A stretch of 64,000 nt of DNA from Candidatus Latescibacterota bacterium (lineage in GTDB: Bacteria; Latescibacterota; UBA2968; GCA-2709665). Below are positions 9,936-20,604 of this stretch, one piece after another. The position numbers and the translations under genes were made by a program. The stretch spans positions 3,232,001 to 3,296,000 of the forward strand of contig OZ244744.1 in NCBI GenBank assembly GCA_965219455.1, read 5' to 3'. A model generated the notes under the pieces. That model ran no database searches. It was given only the letters and a program-made list of their open reading frames with translations, and was not told the DNA's origin. The first letter of the stretch is position 1, and each line of letters starts with the position of its first letter.

Positions 9936-11018
9936 TCACGTATCCACGGAAATCATCGCAGTCCCGTTGGCTATCTGTCTGTCAATTGTTATCAGGTCGT
10001 CTACAGAATCCGACAGGAGCCTGTCCGACCGTTGGCGGCGCCGGCCTGCCGATTCACCGGGTTTTAGTGGCAGCTTTCTCAGGTGCAACGCAAAGAGAAC
10101 GCCGCTGAGAATCGTGTCAGCGACCAACAGGCAGGGAATGGACCTGACCTCAGTCTCGGTAATGTCCATTCCGAGACGTCTTGCTTCCTTCCCGTAGTTT
10201 GCGAGATGGCGCGCGAAGTTTTCCCGCCACGCCCGGGGGTGGCGGGACAGGGGACCCCCGACCATCCTGGACAGATCGCTGGATGCAACCACGACATCCC
10301 ACAGCCGAGGGCCGTTGTAGAGCAAATCCCAGTCGAACAACCCGTTCACGCTGTTTCCATCGAACGCCACGTTGCAGGATCTATAGTCGCCGTGGATCCA
10401 TGTTCGTCCGAGTTCCCTGTATAGCCTGGTGGAAAAAAACGAGGCCAGCCGGTCAATAGCTCCATTAACGATTGACTTCACGACCCGGGTCGTTTTCGGG
10501 TGGCTCTCGAACCGTTCTCTCAGGCGGTCCGGATCTTCTGTGTACCTGACCGGCAGCATTTCATCCCTGGCGGCGAGTCTCCCGGAGATCCGAAAATCCG
10601 CGGCCGCGGAATGGTAGTCCGCCAGAAACGTCATCATATTGGCAGTCTGCGCATTGGTCAGGTCAGATGGAGAAGGGTATACCGTACCCGGGATGTATCG
10701 GTGGACAGAAAGCAACTCGCCATCGATCTCCGCGGCGACCCGCCCGTCGGCCGCCGGAACCAACCCGTCCACGGGTATCCCCAGGCGGCCCACGGAAGCG
10801 AGAAAGGACGAAAGACGTTCGATCTCGGCAACCGATCTTCTGACGCGATTCACCCGTATGACAAAACGGTCTCGCGACGTTTCCGCGAGGTACACTTCAT
10901 TGAGCACGCCGCCTGTCAGGCGGGCCGCACGACACACCGTGCCGAGATCGAAGCACCGGGAGGCAACCTCAACGATACGTCGTTCACGTTGATTTGGCAA
11001 AACCGTAATGTCCGTCAC
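9936..11018 (-). CDS. Phosphotransferase (APH/type II homoserine kinase-like)
   Basis: WIHGDYRSCN and LFDWD motifs; GTG start overlaps upstream TGA (GTGA). Confidence 0.85.
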   Translation of the reverse strand: MTDITVLPNQRERRIVEVASRCFDLGTVCRAARLTGGVLNEVYLAETSRDRFVIRVNRVRRSVAEIERLSSFLASVGRLGIPVDGLVPAADGRVAAEIDGELLSVHRYIPGTVYPSPSDLTNAQTANMMTFLADYHSAAADFRISGRLAARDEMLPVRYTEDPDRLRERFESHPKTTRVVKSIVNGAIDRLASFFSTRLYRELGRTWIHGDYRSCNVAFDGNSVNGLFDWDLLYNGPRLWDVVVASSDLSRMVGGPLSRHPRAWRENFARHLANYGKEARRLGMDITETEVRSIPCLLVADTILSGVLFALHLRKLPLKPGESAGRRRQRSDRLLSDSVDDLITIDRQIANGTAMISVDT

Positions 11019-12223
11019 CGACTCTTCCCATTCTCGTCGTCCACATGGTTGACCTGGGATGTCGCTTCGTGGAGGCTGTGCCATGGGATCAGACTCCCCC
11101 GCGATCGGCGCTGGAGTTGACTGCCGCCATAGGCGACGAAGGCGGAACATGGCAGGGGTAAATTGGTGAAGTGCCTCCGGACGCGGTTTATGCCATCGAA
11201 CAGGCTCGACGAAGGCGTATCGGCGGACTTGGCCTCGACAAGCTCGATGTGGGAGGGATGCTCGATGATGAGGTCGGCCTCGGCCCCGTTACGGTCGCGG
11301 TAAAACGACAGACCGCCCGTTTCACCTTGGTTGGTTCGGAATTTTGCAATTTCCGAGACAACCCAGGTCTCGAAAATCGGGCCGCGAAGTGGATGATTCC
11401 GTAGTTGTTCAGGTGTGCGGATACCGAGCAGCCAGCAGACAAGACCCGTGTCGTAGAAGTGCAGCTTGGGCATCTTCACGAGGCGCTTACGAAGGTTTGA
11501 GTGAAATGCCGGCAGCCGGAAGGTGAGAAAACCGGTCTCAAGTATGCTGAACCAGGCTCTTGCGCTTGGCTGAGAAATCCCGCAGTCGCCGGCCAGTGAC
11601 GAGAAGTTAAGCAACTGCGCCGTACGGCCGGCGCACAATTCGACAAAACGTTGAAACGTGGCGAGATCACCTACATTGCTTATTGTGCGCACGTCGCGTT
11701 CGATATAGGTGGCGACATACGAACGGATCCAGTCGGATGGATCCATATCAGAGTCGAATATTCGAGGATAGGAGCCCGCGAAAAGAGTTTCTTCAAGACT
11801 CTCGGGGAACCGGGGGAATCGCTCGACTTCCGCTCGAGTAAGCGGCAACAGGTAATAAACCGCGGTCCTTCCGGCCAACGACTGGCTGACCGACTCGAGC
11901 AGGGAAAGGTTTTGCGAGCCCGTCAGGATCCAGCGACCAGGCACCGGATCATCGTCGATAATGCCCTGCAGGTAGGAGAGCAGGTCTGGCGCGCGCTGCA
12001 CCTCGTCGATGATTGCACCGCGGGGAAACTGAGCCAGAAAACCCCGTGGATCTTCCGTTGCAAATGCGCGAATGTCCGGAGACTCAAGCGTTGTGTACCG
12101 ATGCTCGTGGAATATGGCCCTGCAAAGAGTCGTCTTGCCGCTTTGCCGGGGACCGGTAAGCGTAATGGACGGAAACGTGCGCGCGGCCTTCTTGAGTTTT
12201 GGCGTCAGGTCACGTGTGATCAT
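11015..12223 (-). CDS. AAA_14 ATPase with DUF4143 domain
   Basis: GPRQSGKT, IIDEVQR, ILTGS, TYIERDV, PKLHFYDTG, EADL...EAK. Confidence 0.92.
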   Translation of the reverse strand: MITRDLTPKLKKAARTFPSITLTGPRQSGKTTLCRAIFHEHRYTTLESPDIRAFATEDPRGFLAQFPRGAIIDEVQRAPDLLSYLQGIIDDDPVPGRWILTGSQNLSLLESVSQSLAGRTAVYYLLPLTRAEVERFPRFPESLEETLFAGSYPRIFDSDMDPSDWIRSYVATYIERDVRTISNVGDLATFQRFVELCAGRTAQLLNFSSLAGDCGISQPSARAWFSILETGFLTFRLPAFHSNLRKRLVKMPKLHFYDTGLVCWLLGIRTPEQLRNHPLRGPIFETWVVSEIAKFRTNQGETGGLSFYRDRNGAEADLIIEHPSHIELVEAKSADTPSSSLFDGINRVRRHFTNLPLPCSAFVAYGGSQLQRRSRGSLIPWHSLHEATSQVNHVDDENGKSR

Positions 12224-12228
12224 ACCGA

Positions 12229-12278
12229 AAAATAGCAGAAAAATCAGGCTATGTCAATATTTAACTTTGAAATAGCCT
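12229..12278 (-). promoter_or_regulatory. Putative sigma70 promoter (probably leaderless) with inverted repeat
   Basis: Minus-strand TTGACA (12257-12252), 17 nt, TATTTT (12234-12229), ATG at 12223; AGGCTAT-N19-ATAGCCT at 12246-12278. Confidence 0.45.
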
Positions 12279-12892
12279 AAAATCGGCCTGCCGTTGCAAT
12301 TGGGTCCGCCGGTCTTGACCAATATTAGCTTTTCGGACTGTACGATATATGTTTTTCTTCGTCATGCTCAAGCAGAAACTTGAGGGAGTCGACCGCGATG
12401 AACGGGCTTTTCATCCGGGTTATCGCGTATATGATGTCCTTAAGCCCATCTCAATCCTCGGTAAACGGGATCCCTTTCTCGCCTGGTAACCGGAGATTCC
12501 CTTTGGACTTCGACCAGGTTTTCCGTATTCCATATACGGGACAAAAAAGAACTCAATGCTGTCTTGCCGGCGTACTCCGATCATCAGATGAATGAGCAGT
12601 AAGCGGACCAGACGATGCGAACTGTACAGGTTAATACTATTGACGTTCTTTCTGTTCGCCGCTATATTTATTCGCTTCAGTATTAGATTAAGTTATTGTG
12701 TCCCAGACAGAAAGGGTTCCGAGAGGTCCGGAATGGCGGATGGGGGACGTCAGACGGCACTCTCCCGGCATTGGTATACCCCATTTTTTTGATGAAAAGT
12801 TCCAGGTCGGTCCTGAAATTCGATCTGCCGAACGATGATGCGTTTGAGTACATTCCGGGGACTCGTCGGCCAAAACGTAAGGAGATTGAAGG

Positions 12893-13448
12893 ATGACACA
12901 TCCACCGTCTGCGTACGTTGAGGGGTATGCGAAGGCTCGCCGCCACGACCAGGAAATGGCCGACAACTACGTCAAGCATACCACCACAGGCGATCCCGCG
13001 CTGGACCCGATTATGGAGGAACTCTCCTCGATGCCTCCTCACGATCTGCACCGGTTTGTCGGGGCTGGGATAGAGGGGCGCGATGAGGTTCTGTGCCATG
13101 CGCCACAGGCCCTGCGCGATTTCTTCGAAAGTCTTGAAGAACCTCCATGGCTCAACTACGAGGACTTTCGGCCGGGGATTCGCGCCTTCCACGCAAACGT
13201 AAACCTCATGCTCGTGGCCTTCGTTACCGGCGTGCTGGTGGAAGGATTCTCCACGCTTATTGCCAAGTCTTTCAATATTACCGGGCGAGTCTCGACGACC
13301 AAAAGGCGCCTCCAACAGAATAACCGCCACATGATGGATATCTTTTTCCCCGGCGGCTTGCAGAGACACGGCGACGGATGGAAGCTGTCCACGCGAATAC
13401 GCTTCGTCCATACTCGAATAAGGAACCTGCTGGCGAAATCCGACGAAT
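12893..13448 (+). pseudogene. Oxygenase MpaB/Lcp-like protein, 3'-truncated
   Basis: GDPALD, EPPWL, RRLQQN, PGGLQRHGDGWKLSTRIRFVHTRIR; family-like sequence ends at ...AKSDE. Confidence 0.7.
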
Positions 13449-13703
13449 ATCTTTCAGAACGATCTCTTTCTCGCCGCGCGTTTTGCGTTCAACGACGTCC
13501 GAAGTACCGAAATGCTCGCCAGCATGATGAACGATATCGACACGACCACACGCGTGTTAACCTTTGAATTCAACCGGCGCATTTCGGACAGTTGGTCCGT
13601 GCATCTGGAGGCGATCGCCCTTCTCGACGTTGACAACACGGATTTATCCTACCCGACCCGTCGCGACAGTTTCATCGAATTGAACCTGATTTACAATCAT
13701 TGA
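13449..13703 (+). pseudogene. C-terminal fragment of an outer-membrane beta-barrel-like protein
   Basis: Different frame reads IFQNDLFLAARFAFND...RRDSFIELNLIYNH with amphipathic beta strands; no N-terminus. Confidence 0.5.
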
Positions 13704-13745
13704 GATCTCTAATTGGACGGGAATTCATTCCGTGGGGAGGCCGCT

Positions 13746-14390
13746 ATGTCAATGGATCGAAGACGCTTTCTCTGTCGTGCCGCGACATTGGGCGCGGCGG
13801 TGTTTGTGACGCCGGGGGCCTTCGCTGAACAGACGGTGCGAACGCCGTGGCAGACCGAGGGACCCTTTTATCCGGACAGGATGCCGCTGGATGTCGACAA
13901 CGATCTTCTGATCATCAACGACGCGATGACGCCGGCTGTGGGAGAAATCACCCATCTGACCGGGCGCGTTACCGATGTGAGCGGCAGGCCCGTCAAAAAT
14001 GCCGAGGTGGAGATCTGGCAGGTCGACAGCAACGGCGTCTACATCCATACTGAGGCCCCGCGGAGGAACAGACGAGACGAAAACTTCCAGGGCTTCGGGC
14101 GTTTCGAAACGGGATCTACGGGTAACTACCGTTTTCGGACCATAAAGCCCGTCAGGTATTCCGGCGCCCGTGCCGCACATATTCATTTCGCGGTCAACAA
14201 GAACGGACGCCGGGTTTTGACCACGCAGCTGTACGTAAAGGGCAACCCGGACAATAAGAGGGATTCCATATTTCGGAGGTCCGGCCGCGCTTCCCACGAT
14301 CTGTTGTCGGTACCGTTCAAGCCGCTGCCCGGATCGGAAATCGGTGAGTTAACGGCGAAATTTGATATTGTGATCGGCGAGACACCGTAA
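13746..14390 (+). CDS. Tat-exported intradiol ring-cleavage dioxygenase (protocatechuate 3,4-dioxygenase-like)
   Basis: DRRRFL Tat motif; EGPFYP, EIWQ..NGVY, Y..RAAHIHF iron ligands. Confidence 0.88.
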   Translation: MSMDRRRFLCRAATLGAAVFVTPGAFAEQTVRTPWQTEGPFYPDRMPLDVDNDLLIINDAMTPAVGEITHLTGRVTDVSGRPVKNAEVEIWQVDSNGVYIHTEAPRRNRRDENFQGFGRFETGSTGNYRFRTIKPVRYSGARAAHIHFAVNKNGRRVLTTQLYVKGNPDNKRDSIFRRSGRASHDLLSVPFKPLPGSEIGELTAKFDIVIGETP

Positions 14391-14466
14391 GTCGGGACAG
14401 GGCGCGGCGCGGCTGGCCGTGGTGAGGCGGCACCGGGAAACCAGGTACCGGTTGCTGTCGGTGCGC

Positions 14467-15108
14467 TCAGACCTTTCTTAGAAACTTCCCGGGATTGCCC
14501 ACCCAAACCTCCCCAGCGGGCACGTCGTGCCGGATCAGCGCGCCGGCGCCCACCATGCTTCCCTCGCCGATTGCGGCGCCGATGATCGTTGAGTTCGTTC
14601 CCAGAAAACAGCTCCTTCCCACCCGTACGCTTCCCGAAAAGCTCACCCCCACCGCAAGGCATGAGTAGTCTTCGATCACGTCGTCGTGGGAGAGTCCCAC
14701 GTTCTGCAGGACAATCACGTGGTCGCCAATGGTTACAAATGCGCCCACCGTTGTGCCCGCCAGAACAACCGACCCCCGTCCCACCGTGCTTTGCGCGGAA
14801 ACAAACGCGCGGGGATGGACGATTGTGGCGAACCGTTCCCGCGGCAGGCCCAGCCCGGCCACCGTATCCGGCCAGGTCTGATAGCTGCCTGGACCGAAGG
14901 CAAAGCCGGTAATCTGCACATCCTCCGGAAGGGCGCCTACCGACTCAAAGTCACCCAGGTGTTTCAGCCCGCCTTTCTCTATGGGGTTGCCGTCTCTAGT
15001 TACATATCCGAGCACATCGTAGGTCGGCTTCAAGGCATTGATTTCCACGACGGCGTCCAGAATGTCCGAGTTGTTGGATCCGATGCCCAGGAAGACCAGT
15101 TTCTGCAT
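14467..15108 (-). CDS. NeuD/PglD-like hexapeptide-repeat sugar acetyltransferase
   Basis: ATIVHP, SHD, left-handed beta-helix repeats, VGNPG. Confidence 0.88.
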   Translation of the reverse strand: MQKLVFLGIGSNNSDILDAVVEINALKPTYDVLGYVTRDGNPIEKGGLKHLGDFESVGALPEDVQITGFAFGPGSYQTWPDTVAGLGLPRERFATIVHPRAFVSAQSTVGRGSVVLAGTTVGAFVTIGDHVIVLQNVGLSHDDVIEDYSCLAVGVSFSGSVRVGRSCFLGTNSTIIGAAIGEGSMVGAGALIRHDVPAGEVWVGNPGKFLRKV

Positions 15109-15192
15109 GCGCCGCCTCCTTCATCGTTCGGTTGTTGTGTATCGGTCGAGCCGCTCTATCCGGTGCGCTCTCAAACGGCGATTCCCGCGCCT

Positions 15193-16905
15193 TCAGCAGT
15201 AAACAGCCTCTATCTCGCACGTTGCCCTGCCACAGCCCAATGGCACCAGCGCCACGCTCCGGCCATACCGGGAGACGATATTGTACGGCGCAGACTGGCC
15301 GTCCACCGACAATGCGCTCAGCCCCCTATCACCGAACTTCTCGGGAATCAGCCAGCGAAGATTTCCGTCGTCAGGCGCGCCCGTGGCTTTGAACCTCAGC
15401 GTACCGTCGCGCCAGGACAGACTTTCCACGCGCCAACGGTCCCGAAGAAGCCAGAAATCGCACCACTGATCGTAGGACCAGACGGGAACGTTCCGTTCCG
15501 CGGCCTTCTTCAGCAGAACCAGCCCGTGCGCCCTCGAATATCTCACCCAGTTTCCCGGGTGCAGGATCACGCCGTACGGCACGTGGAATCGCGTGGCGCT
15601 GTCGTCCAGGATGCGGTCCACGAGTACGCCGTACATCTCTGGCGAATAATGGAAGGATTTGGGCGCGCTCTCCTGGAACCAGACGTCGTCGGACAGGTGG
15701 GTGTGCTGCTGGAGCACGTCGACCAGGCGGCCGTCCGGGTGGCAGAATCGCATCGGCATCGCCGCGCCCCTGAGATGGTACGGACCACTGCACCGGTCCC
15801 GCATATACGCGGAGCACAGATAGTTCGCATCCATCCGGATACCCAGCCGCGCCTCCGCTTCCACCAGTTCGAGGTATCCCGCCCAGGACAGGCAGTGGTT
15901 GCGGACGCTCGTGGGCTTGAACCCGTACATTTTTTCGAAGAGCAGAATCTGTCGCTCGAATTCCGCGACGCGCTCCGGTATCGGTGTTCCGTCCAGGGAC
16001 CGGAGGTTCGGATGCGGTCCCACGTCGTGGTTCTGACGATACCGCTGCACGTCCGCGGCCGTCGAATCCGTACCGATAGGAATGATATAGAGATTCATGC
16101 GCGCCCCGAACGCCGTTACTTCCCGGAATTCCTGCTCTACCGCCGAAATCTCCGCCCCATCCTCGTCGCCGGAGTAAAGCACAAGGGCGGCCGCCTCTCC
16201 CGGCAGATGCCACAGCACGGGCATGGGCGCCGGAACAAACCGGCAGACCAGTTCCACCAGCCACCGCGCCAGCAGATCGGCAAATGGCATCAGGCCGCTG
16301 TCCGCCGGACCCAGGTCGATTCCTATGGAATCCGCCCGTACATTGCCGTCCACCGCCCGCTCGACCTGATCCGGATCACCCTGCCGCAGGGTGAACACGC
16401 ACCTGGGAAGGTCGAAAGCGAAGGCGACGATACGACCCTTTCCGGCTGGCGTTTCGATGACTCCGACGGACTCTCCCTCAAATCCGTCCGGGTGGTACAG
16501 ATAGGCCACACCCGATCCCGCGCCGGGTCGCGCAACGTAATGACCTGCCTCCCCTACGACCGGGAAGTCCTCACCTGAAACGCCCGCCGCCGGATAACGA
16601 ACGGGACGCAGGCGAAGGGGCGCGGGCTTGGCCCCTTCGTAGACCAGTCCGGCGGCGTCGGCTAGCGCATCCCTGGGCAAGAACGTCACCACCGTGCCTC
16701 CGCGCCTGGCGAAATCGATCAAGCGCTCATGGACCTCTCCGTCACCTTCCGATGCCGGACAGACCAGCACCGGGGTCGATTCCGGATCCAGTGCGTCAAC
16801 CTGGCCGGCCCGGACCCGTTTTTGGGCGACAAGTCCCCAGGTATTGAAAATCTCCGCGATATAGTCCGAAAGATCGGGCGGGTGCGACAGAATGCCGATT
16901 TGCAT
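15193..16905 (-). CDS. Hypothetical protein with polysaccharide-deacetylase-like domain
   Basis: 570-aa ORF in operon; SGDED, VGPHP, RNHCL.W, ILHP motifs. Confidence 0.6.
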   Translation of the reverse strand: MQIGILSHPPDLSDYIAEIFNTWGLVAQKRVRAGQVDALDPESTPVLVCPASEGDGEVHERLIDFARRGGTVVTFLPRDALADAAGLVYEGAKPAPLRLRPVRYPAAGVSGEDFPVVGEAGHYVARPGAGSGVAYLYHPDGFEGESVGVIETPAGKGRIVAFAFDLPRCVFTLRQGDPDQVERAVDGNVRADSIGIDLGPADSGLMPFADLLARWLVELVCRFVPAPMPVLWHLPGEAAALVLYSGDEDGAEISAVEQEFREVTAFGARMNLYIIPIGTDSTAADVQRYRQNHDVGPHPNLRSLDGTPIPERVAEFERQILLFEKMYGFKPTSVRNHCLSWAGYLELVEAEARLGIRMDANYLCSAYMRDRCSGPYHLRGAAMPMRFCHPDGRLVDVLQQHTHLSDDVWFQESAPKSFHYSPEMYGVLVDRILDDSATRFHVPYGVILHPGNWVRYSRAHGLVLLKKAAERNVPVWSYDQWCDFWLLRDRWRVESLSWRDGTLRFKATGAPDDGNLRWLIPEKFGDRGLSALSVDGQSAPYNIVSRYGRSVALVPLGCGRATCEIEAVYC

Positions 16906-16938
16906 GGATGAAGACCTCCGCGGTTTATTGAGAATCTA

Positions 16939-18486
16939 CTATTGTACGCCGAATATTCTGGCCGCATTGTCCCATAGAATTATGCGCTTCAACGCCTCTG
17001 GAATGTCAGCGTAAAGCACCCGTCCGAGTTGGTACGTAAACCCGTTTACGGGATGGTCCGATCCGTACAGGATCTGTGTAGGCGGCGCCTGCTCGACCAG
17101 CCAGGCGAGGGTGCCACGAGCCATTTTCGAGTAACCCAGATCGAAAAACAGATTCGGCCGCGCGTGGGCTACATCGAGAAAGGGCTTCAGTCCCTCGCGG
17201 CTTCCTCCACCGAGGTGGGCATAGATGAACTTCGCATTGGGGAACGCCGCAAGCGTATCCATTAAAAAAGCGGGAGACGGTCCGTGGTTGACGTGGCAAA
17301 GCATGGGACAGTTCCGCTCGTGCGCCGTCTGAAACGCCAGACGGTAGCGTGGGTCCTCGGTTGACGTGTCGTGAAGCCCGCAGTGGAGCTTGATACCACT
17401 GCAGCCGAGTTCGTCGAACCCGCGCGCCATCTCATCGGCCATCTCCGATTCGTAGTTCGGATTGTAGACCACGTATCCCGCGAGCCTATCCGGAAAGGCC
17501 GCCACGCCTGCCCCGATCCGGTCGTTGCCCGTCCGGTAGTCGGCTCCGATGGCCAGAAAATGGCTGACCGCAAACCGCTCCACTCCCACTTCGTCCATTC
17601 GCGACACCATCTGTTCCGCCGACCAGTCCAGGTGGTATTTCGAATGAAATCGACCCAGGTGGCCGTGAACGTCAAACACGCGGAAACCGTCCGCGCCGCA
17701 GGGCCAGACCCGCGCCGCACCTGCCTCGCGCTCAGGAAGACCCAGCAGGCGCCTGAGGCTGTTTCCTGCAATATCGGCTCGCTGATTCCGGGATATCCGC
17801 GCGCCTTCCAGAAGACCCAGCGGCCCTCCCGGGTCCCAGGCGGGCATCCCCGTTCCGAACAACAACCGCCGGTGTCCGAACCGCTCTGAAATCTCTTCCA
17901 CAATCCGTGACTCCTGGATGTAGGACGCCTCGATATAGAGGTTGGGAAACGTATCCCAAACCCCGAACAGCGCCCTCGCCGTGGTGCCTCCTTCCCGTAT
18001 CAGCACGAGCGGCAGCGCGGGGTGCGCCTCTGAGATTTCAAAGACCGATCGCCAGTCTGTGAGCTGGCTCCAGCTCGTGCGTCCCTCGTCCAGAAGCAAA
18101 GGAATTCCCGCTTCGGCGAGCGCTTTCAACAGCGGCCGCAGAATTCGTTCCAGCAACGGAAAACCGTGTACGCCCGGAAATATCCTGGCCGCCCGCACCC
18201 CCTGGGCGCGCATCTGCGCCACCAGCTTTTCCGGCTCCGGCAGTTCCCCTGTTCCTGGCGGCAGCACCGCCCAGCACGGGTGCAGGCGCGGGTGGGAACG
18301 CGTGGCCTCCACCACCCATGCGTTCGCGTCCGCCGGATGTCCCATTGCCGCGTGGCTCGCGTGGACCAGGGCTTCCGAGATGCCCAGCCGATCCATCTCG
18401 GCCAGCAGCGCCGCGGGTGTCCGAAAGCACGGCTCGCGGTCTGTACGTGTCGGCCCCAGCATACTGTTCATGTCGAAAATATCCAT
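16939..18486 (-). CDS. Amidohydrolase family protein with two tandem TIM-barrel domains
   Basis: C-domain DVHGH, GIKLH, AHLGG, YGSDHP; N-domain degenerate (DMNSM, LFGTGMP). Confidence 0.8.
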   Translation of the reverse strand: MDIFDMNSMLGPTRTDREPCFRTPAALLAEMDRLGISEALVHASHAAMGHPADANAWVVEATRSHPRLHPCWAVLPPGTGELPEPEKLVAQMRAQGVRAARIFPGVHGFPLLERILRPLLKALAEAGIPLLLDEGRTSWSQLTDWRSVFEISEAHPALPLVLIREGGTTARALFGVWDTFPNLYIEASYIQESRIVEEISERFGHRRLLFGTGMPAWDPGGPLGLLEGARISRNQRADIAGNSLRRLLGLPEREAGAARVWPCGADGFRVFDVHGHLGRFHSKYHLDWSAEQMVSRMDEVGVERFAVSHFLAIGADYRTGNDRIGAGVAAFPDRLAGYVVYNPNYESEMADEMARGFDELGCSGIKLHCGLHDTSTEDPRYRLAFQTAHERNCPMLCHVNHGPSPAFLMDTLAAFPNAKFIYAHLGGGSREGLKPFLDVAHARPNLFFDLGYSKMARGTLAWLVEQAPPTQILYGSDHPVNGFTYQLGRVLYADIPEALKRIILWDNAARIFGVQ

Positions 18487-18513
18487 CCCATCTCCCGTTT
18501 ATGTGATCGTCGC

Positions 18514-20493
18514 TTATACGAAAACCCTGTTCGCAATGGTTCCAGTGAAATAGTCCACGATGGCCCACACACCCGCACCTGTCGCCTCTCCCAGAATAAT
18601 CCCCATGAAAAACGGCCGGGTTCTACGGTAAAGCCTCGCCCCTCCGAATTTCAACACGGTCGCCTTCATCCCCCAGGCCAGGAATACACTGAAAAAATAG
18701 GTATCCGTGTACCAGATCGTACTCAAAGGCAGCGCCACCGGGTGTAGAGGCCACCATCTAAGGCGCATTCTCAGCAGGGTTAACAGACCCGCAACCCCCA
18801 TGCCGAGTCCGGTATAAAGCAGCCCTTTCGTGAATACGGGACTCGGCTCCAGCATGCGCGTCCCCACAAAGGCATCGAAAGGGATGCGCGAATAATCGCG
18901 GAAGTGCCGGTCCAGGTTCAGGCCGCCGCGCGCATAGCCCAGGTCCAGCGTTATCGCGCTTGCCGTAATCAGCCCAACCGCCATCGCCGCGCCCATCGCC
19001 CAGATCATGCCGCGTTTGCGCCTCATCTCACTCGACAGCCACAGAGCCCCCAGAGCGCGGGGCATCACATTGCTGACCCGCGTCATTGTCCAGGCGTAGC
19101 TGAACCCGAGCGTCACGAGCCCCGCCGGGCTGAACGCAGAGGAACCCGTCGCGCAGACCACAAACTCCGCGGGGTTGATCGGCGAATACGTGGCCACGAA
19201 TCCCGTCTCGCTCACAATCCGGGCCAGTACAAAAAACACCACGATACAGGAAAAAAACAGAAACAGAATCAGAGCGACTGAAATTCCCGCCTGGTTCAGC
19301 CAGCACCCGAGATACACCAGCCCCGCCAGGGCCCCGAGAACAGCCGCCCGGTAGGAAATGACTTCATCGGAATCGTCGGCATTCGACGGCCTTCCCAGCG
19401 CACTGGCGAAAACCCCCCGCAGGTGGCCCCTTGCGGTCCACGCGCTGTAGGCGGCCAGCACCAGCATATACCCCATCCCCGTCAATGCCAGAAACGACGA
19501 GCCCCGGGAACTGAACCGACCCACCATCCCGGATACATCCGAATACTCAGCGCCCACGACCGCCAACATCCCCCGGATGACCTTGGAGATCACGTTGAAC
19601 AGCCAGATGCTCAGGCTAACGTCCAGATTCACAAAGTATGAATACCCGAGAATGGCAAAGTGCAGCCGGAGGGGCAATGAGGTCGTTCCCTGAAAGATCC
19701 GGAGCATCGTCCCCATCCGGATTCTGGGCAACGTATGGAAATAGTGATTCAGCCCATTGAACATACCGATCAGGAAGGGAATCGAAAACCCCGCCCACGT
19801 CAGCCGGTTCCTGAACAGGGGACCCAACCGCCCACTTCCCGTTTCCGCCATCTCCAACGGAACCTGCAGAATCGGGAATGCAAACCGCTCGTGTTCCTCC
19901 CACTGCCTTCGAAAAATCACGGCGATGCATATCAGCACCCCGAACAATACCAGGAAAAACGAACCCCAACTCGCCAGAGGGGCCAGCCAGTCCAGCCAGG
20001 GCAGGGGAACATTCCGCGGAATACCCTCGTAGAACCCCCGCACGGCCTCGGCGTTCCGGGGGGCCGTCCACGGGAGAACATGGGGCAGCACCGCCTCCAG
20101 ATCGGGACGCTCCGGAGAAGCGTAGTAGGTCATGCCGGTCAGAAAGGCGATCAGCCATTTGACCATCCACAGGGTGGGCATCGACACAAGAAGCATCGAA
20201 AAGATGCACAGGAGTTCTCCCCGCTTGAGTGTGTGCTCTGGCTTCAGGACGACGTTTACAAGAAGGATCAGACACAGAAAAACAAACAGGACGCCTCGAT
20301 CCACAAAATAGAAATGGAGAGACGTGCCCTGGATCACCATGCGGTTGTACGGGATCGCCACTGCCAGAAAGAGGCAAAGGGCAAGCCCGATCAGGAATGC
20401 CCGACCCGTCAGTCCGTCCCGCACATCCTCCCCTGACATCCTGCGTTCGCCAGGGGTTCGACCTCGCAGACCTTCCGCCCGGACGTCGGCCAT
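18514..20493 (-). CDS. DUF6785/DUF6784-type multi-TM protein (putative transporter), copy 1
   Basis: RAFLIG, ELL, RRQWEEHERFAFP, SLSIW, ARIVSETG, WWPLHP, PFFMG.ILGE. Confidence 0.8.
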   Translation of the reverse strand: MADVRAEGLRGRTPGERRMSGEDVRDGLTGRAFLIGLALCLFLAVAIPYNRMVIQGTSLHFYFVDRGVLFVFLCLILLVNVVLKPEHTLKRGELLCIFSMLLVSMPTLWMVKWLIAFLTGMTYYASPERPDLEAVLPHVLPWTAPRNAEAVRGFYEGIPRNVPLPWLDWLAPLASWGSFFLVLFGVLICIAVIFRRQWEEHERFAFPILQVPLEMAETGSGRLGPLFRNRLTWAGFSIPFLIGMFNGLNHYFHTLPRIRMGTMLRIFQGTTSLPLRLHFAILGYSYFVNLDVSLSIWLFNVISKVIRGMLAVVGAEYSDVSGMVGRFSSRGSSFLALTGMGYMLVLAAYSAWTARGHLRGVFASALGRPSNADDSDEVISYRAAVLGALAGLVYLGCWLNQAGISVALILFLFFSCIVVFFVLARIVSETGFVATYSPINPAEFVVCATGSSAFSPAGLVTLGFSYAWTMTRVSNVMPRALGALWLSSEMRRKRGMIWAMGAAMAVGLITASAITLDLGYARGGLNLDRHFRDYSRIPFDAFVGTRMLEPSPVFTKGLLYTGLGMGVAGLLTLLRMRLRWWPLHPVALPLSTIWYTDTYFFSVFLAWGMKATVLKFGGARLYRRTRPFFMGIILGEATGAGVWAIVDYFTGTIANRVFV

Positions 20494-20604
20494 CCCTTAC
20501 GTCCTCTTTATTAGATTTCGACGTAATCCGAAGGCGTACTCGGTACCCCGCGCGCCTCAACCGCCACACTCCCATCGCCTTGCCGCCATCCCGGCACCCG
20601 CGGT

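Noticed and set aside
12320-12600. Hairpins in the long intergenic region as a possible ncRNA
   Set aside because: Only isolated short stems; the minus strand reads like a decayed protein tail (…IIYAITRMKSPFIAVDSLKFLLEH…).
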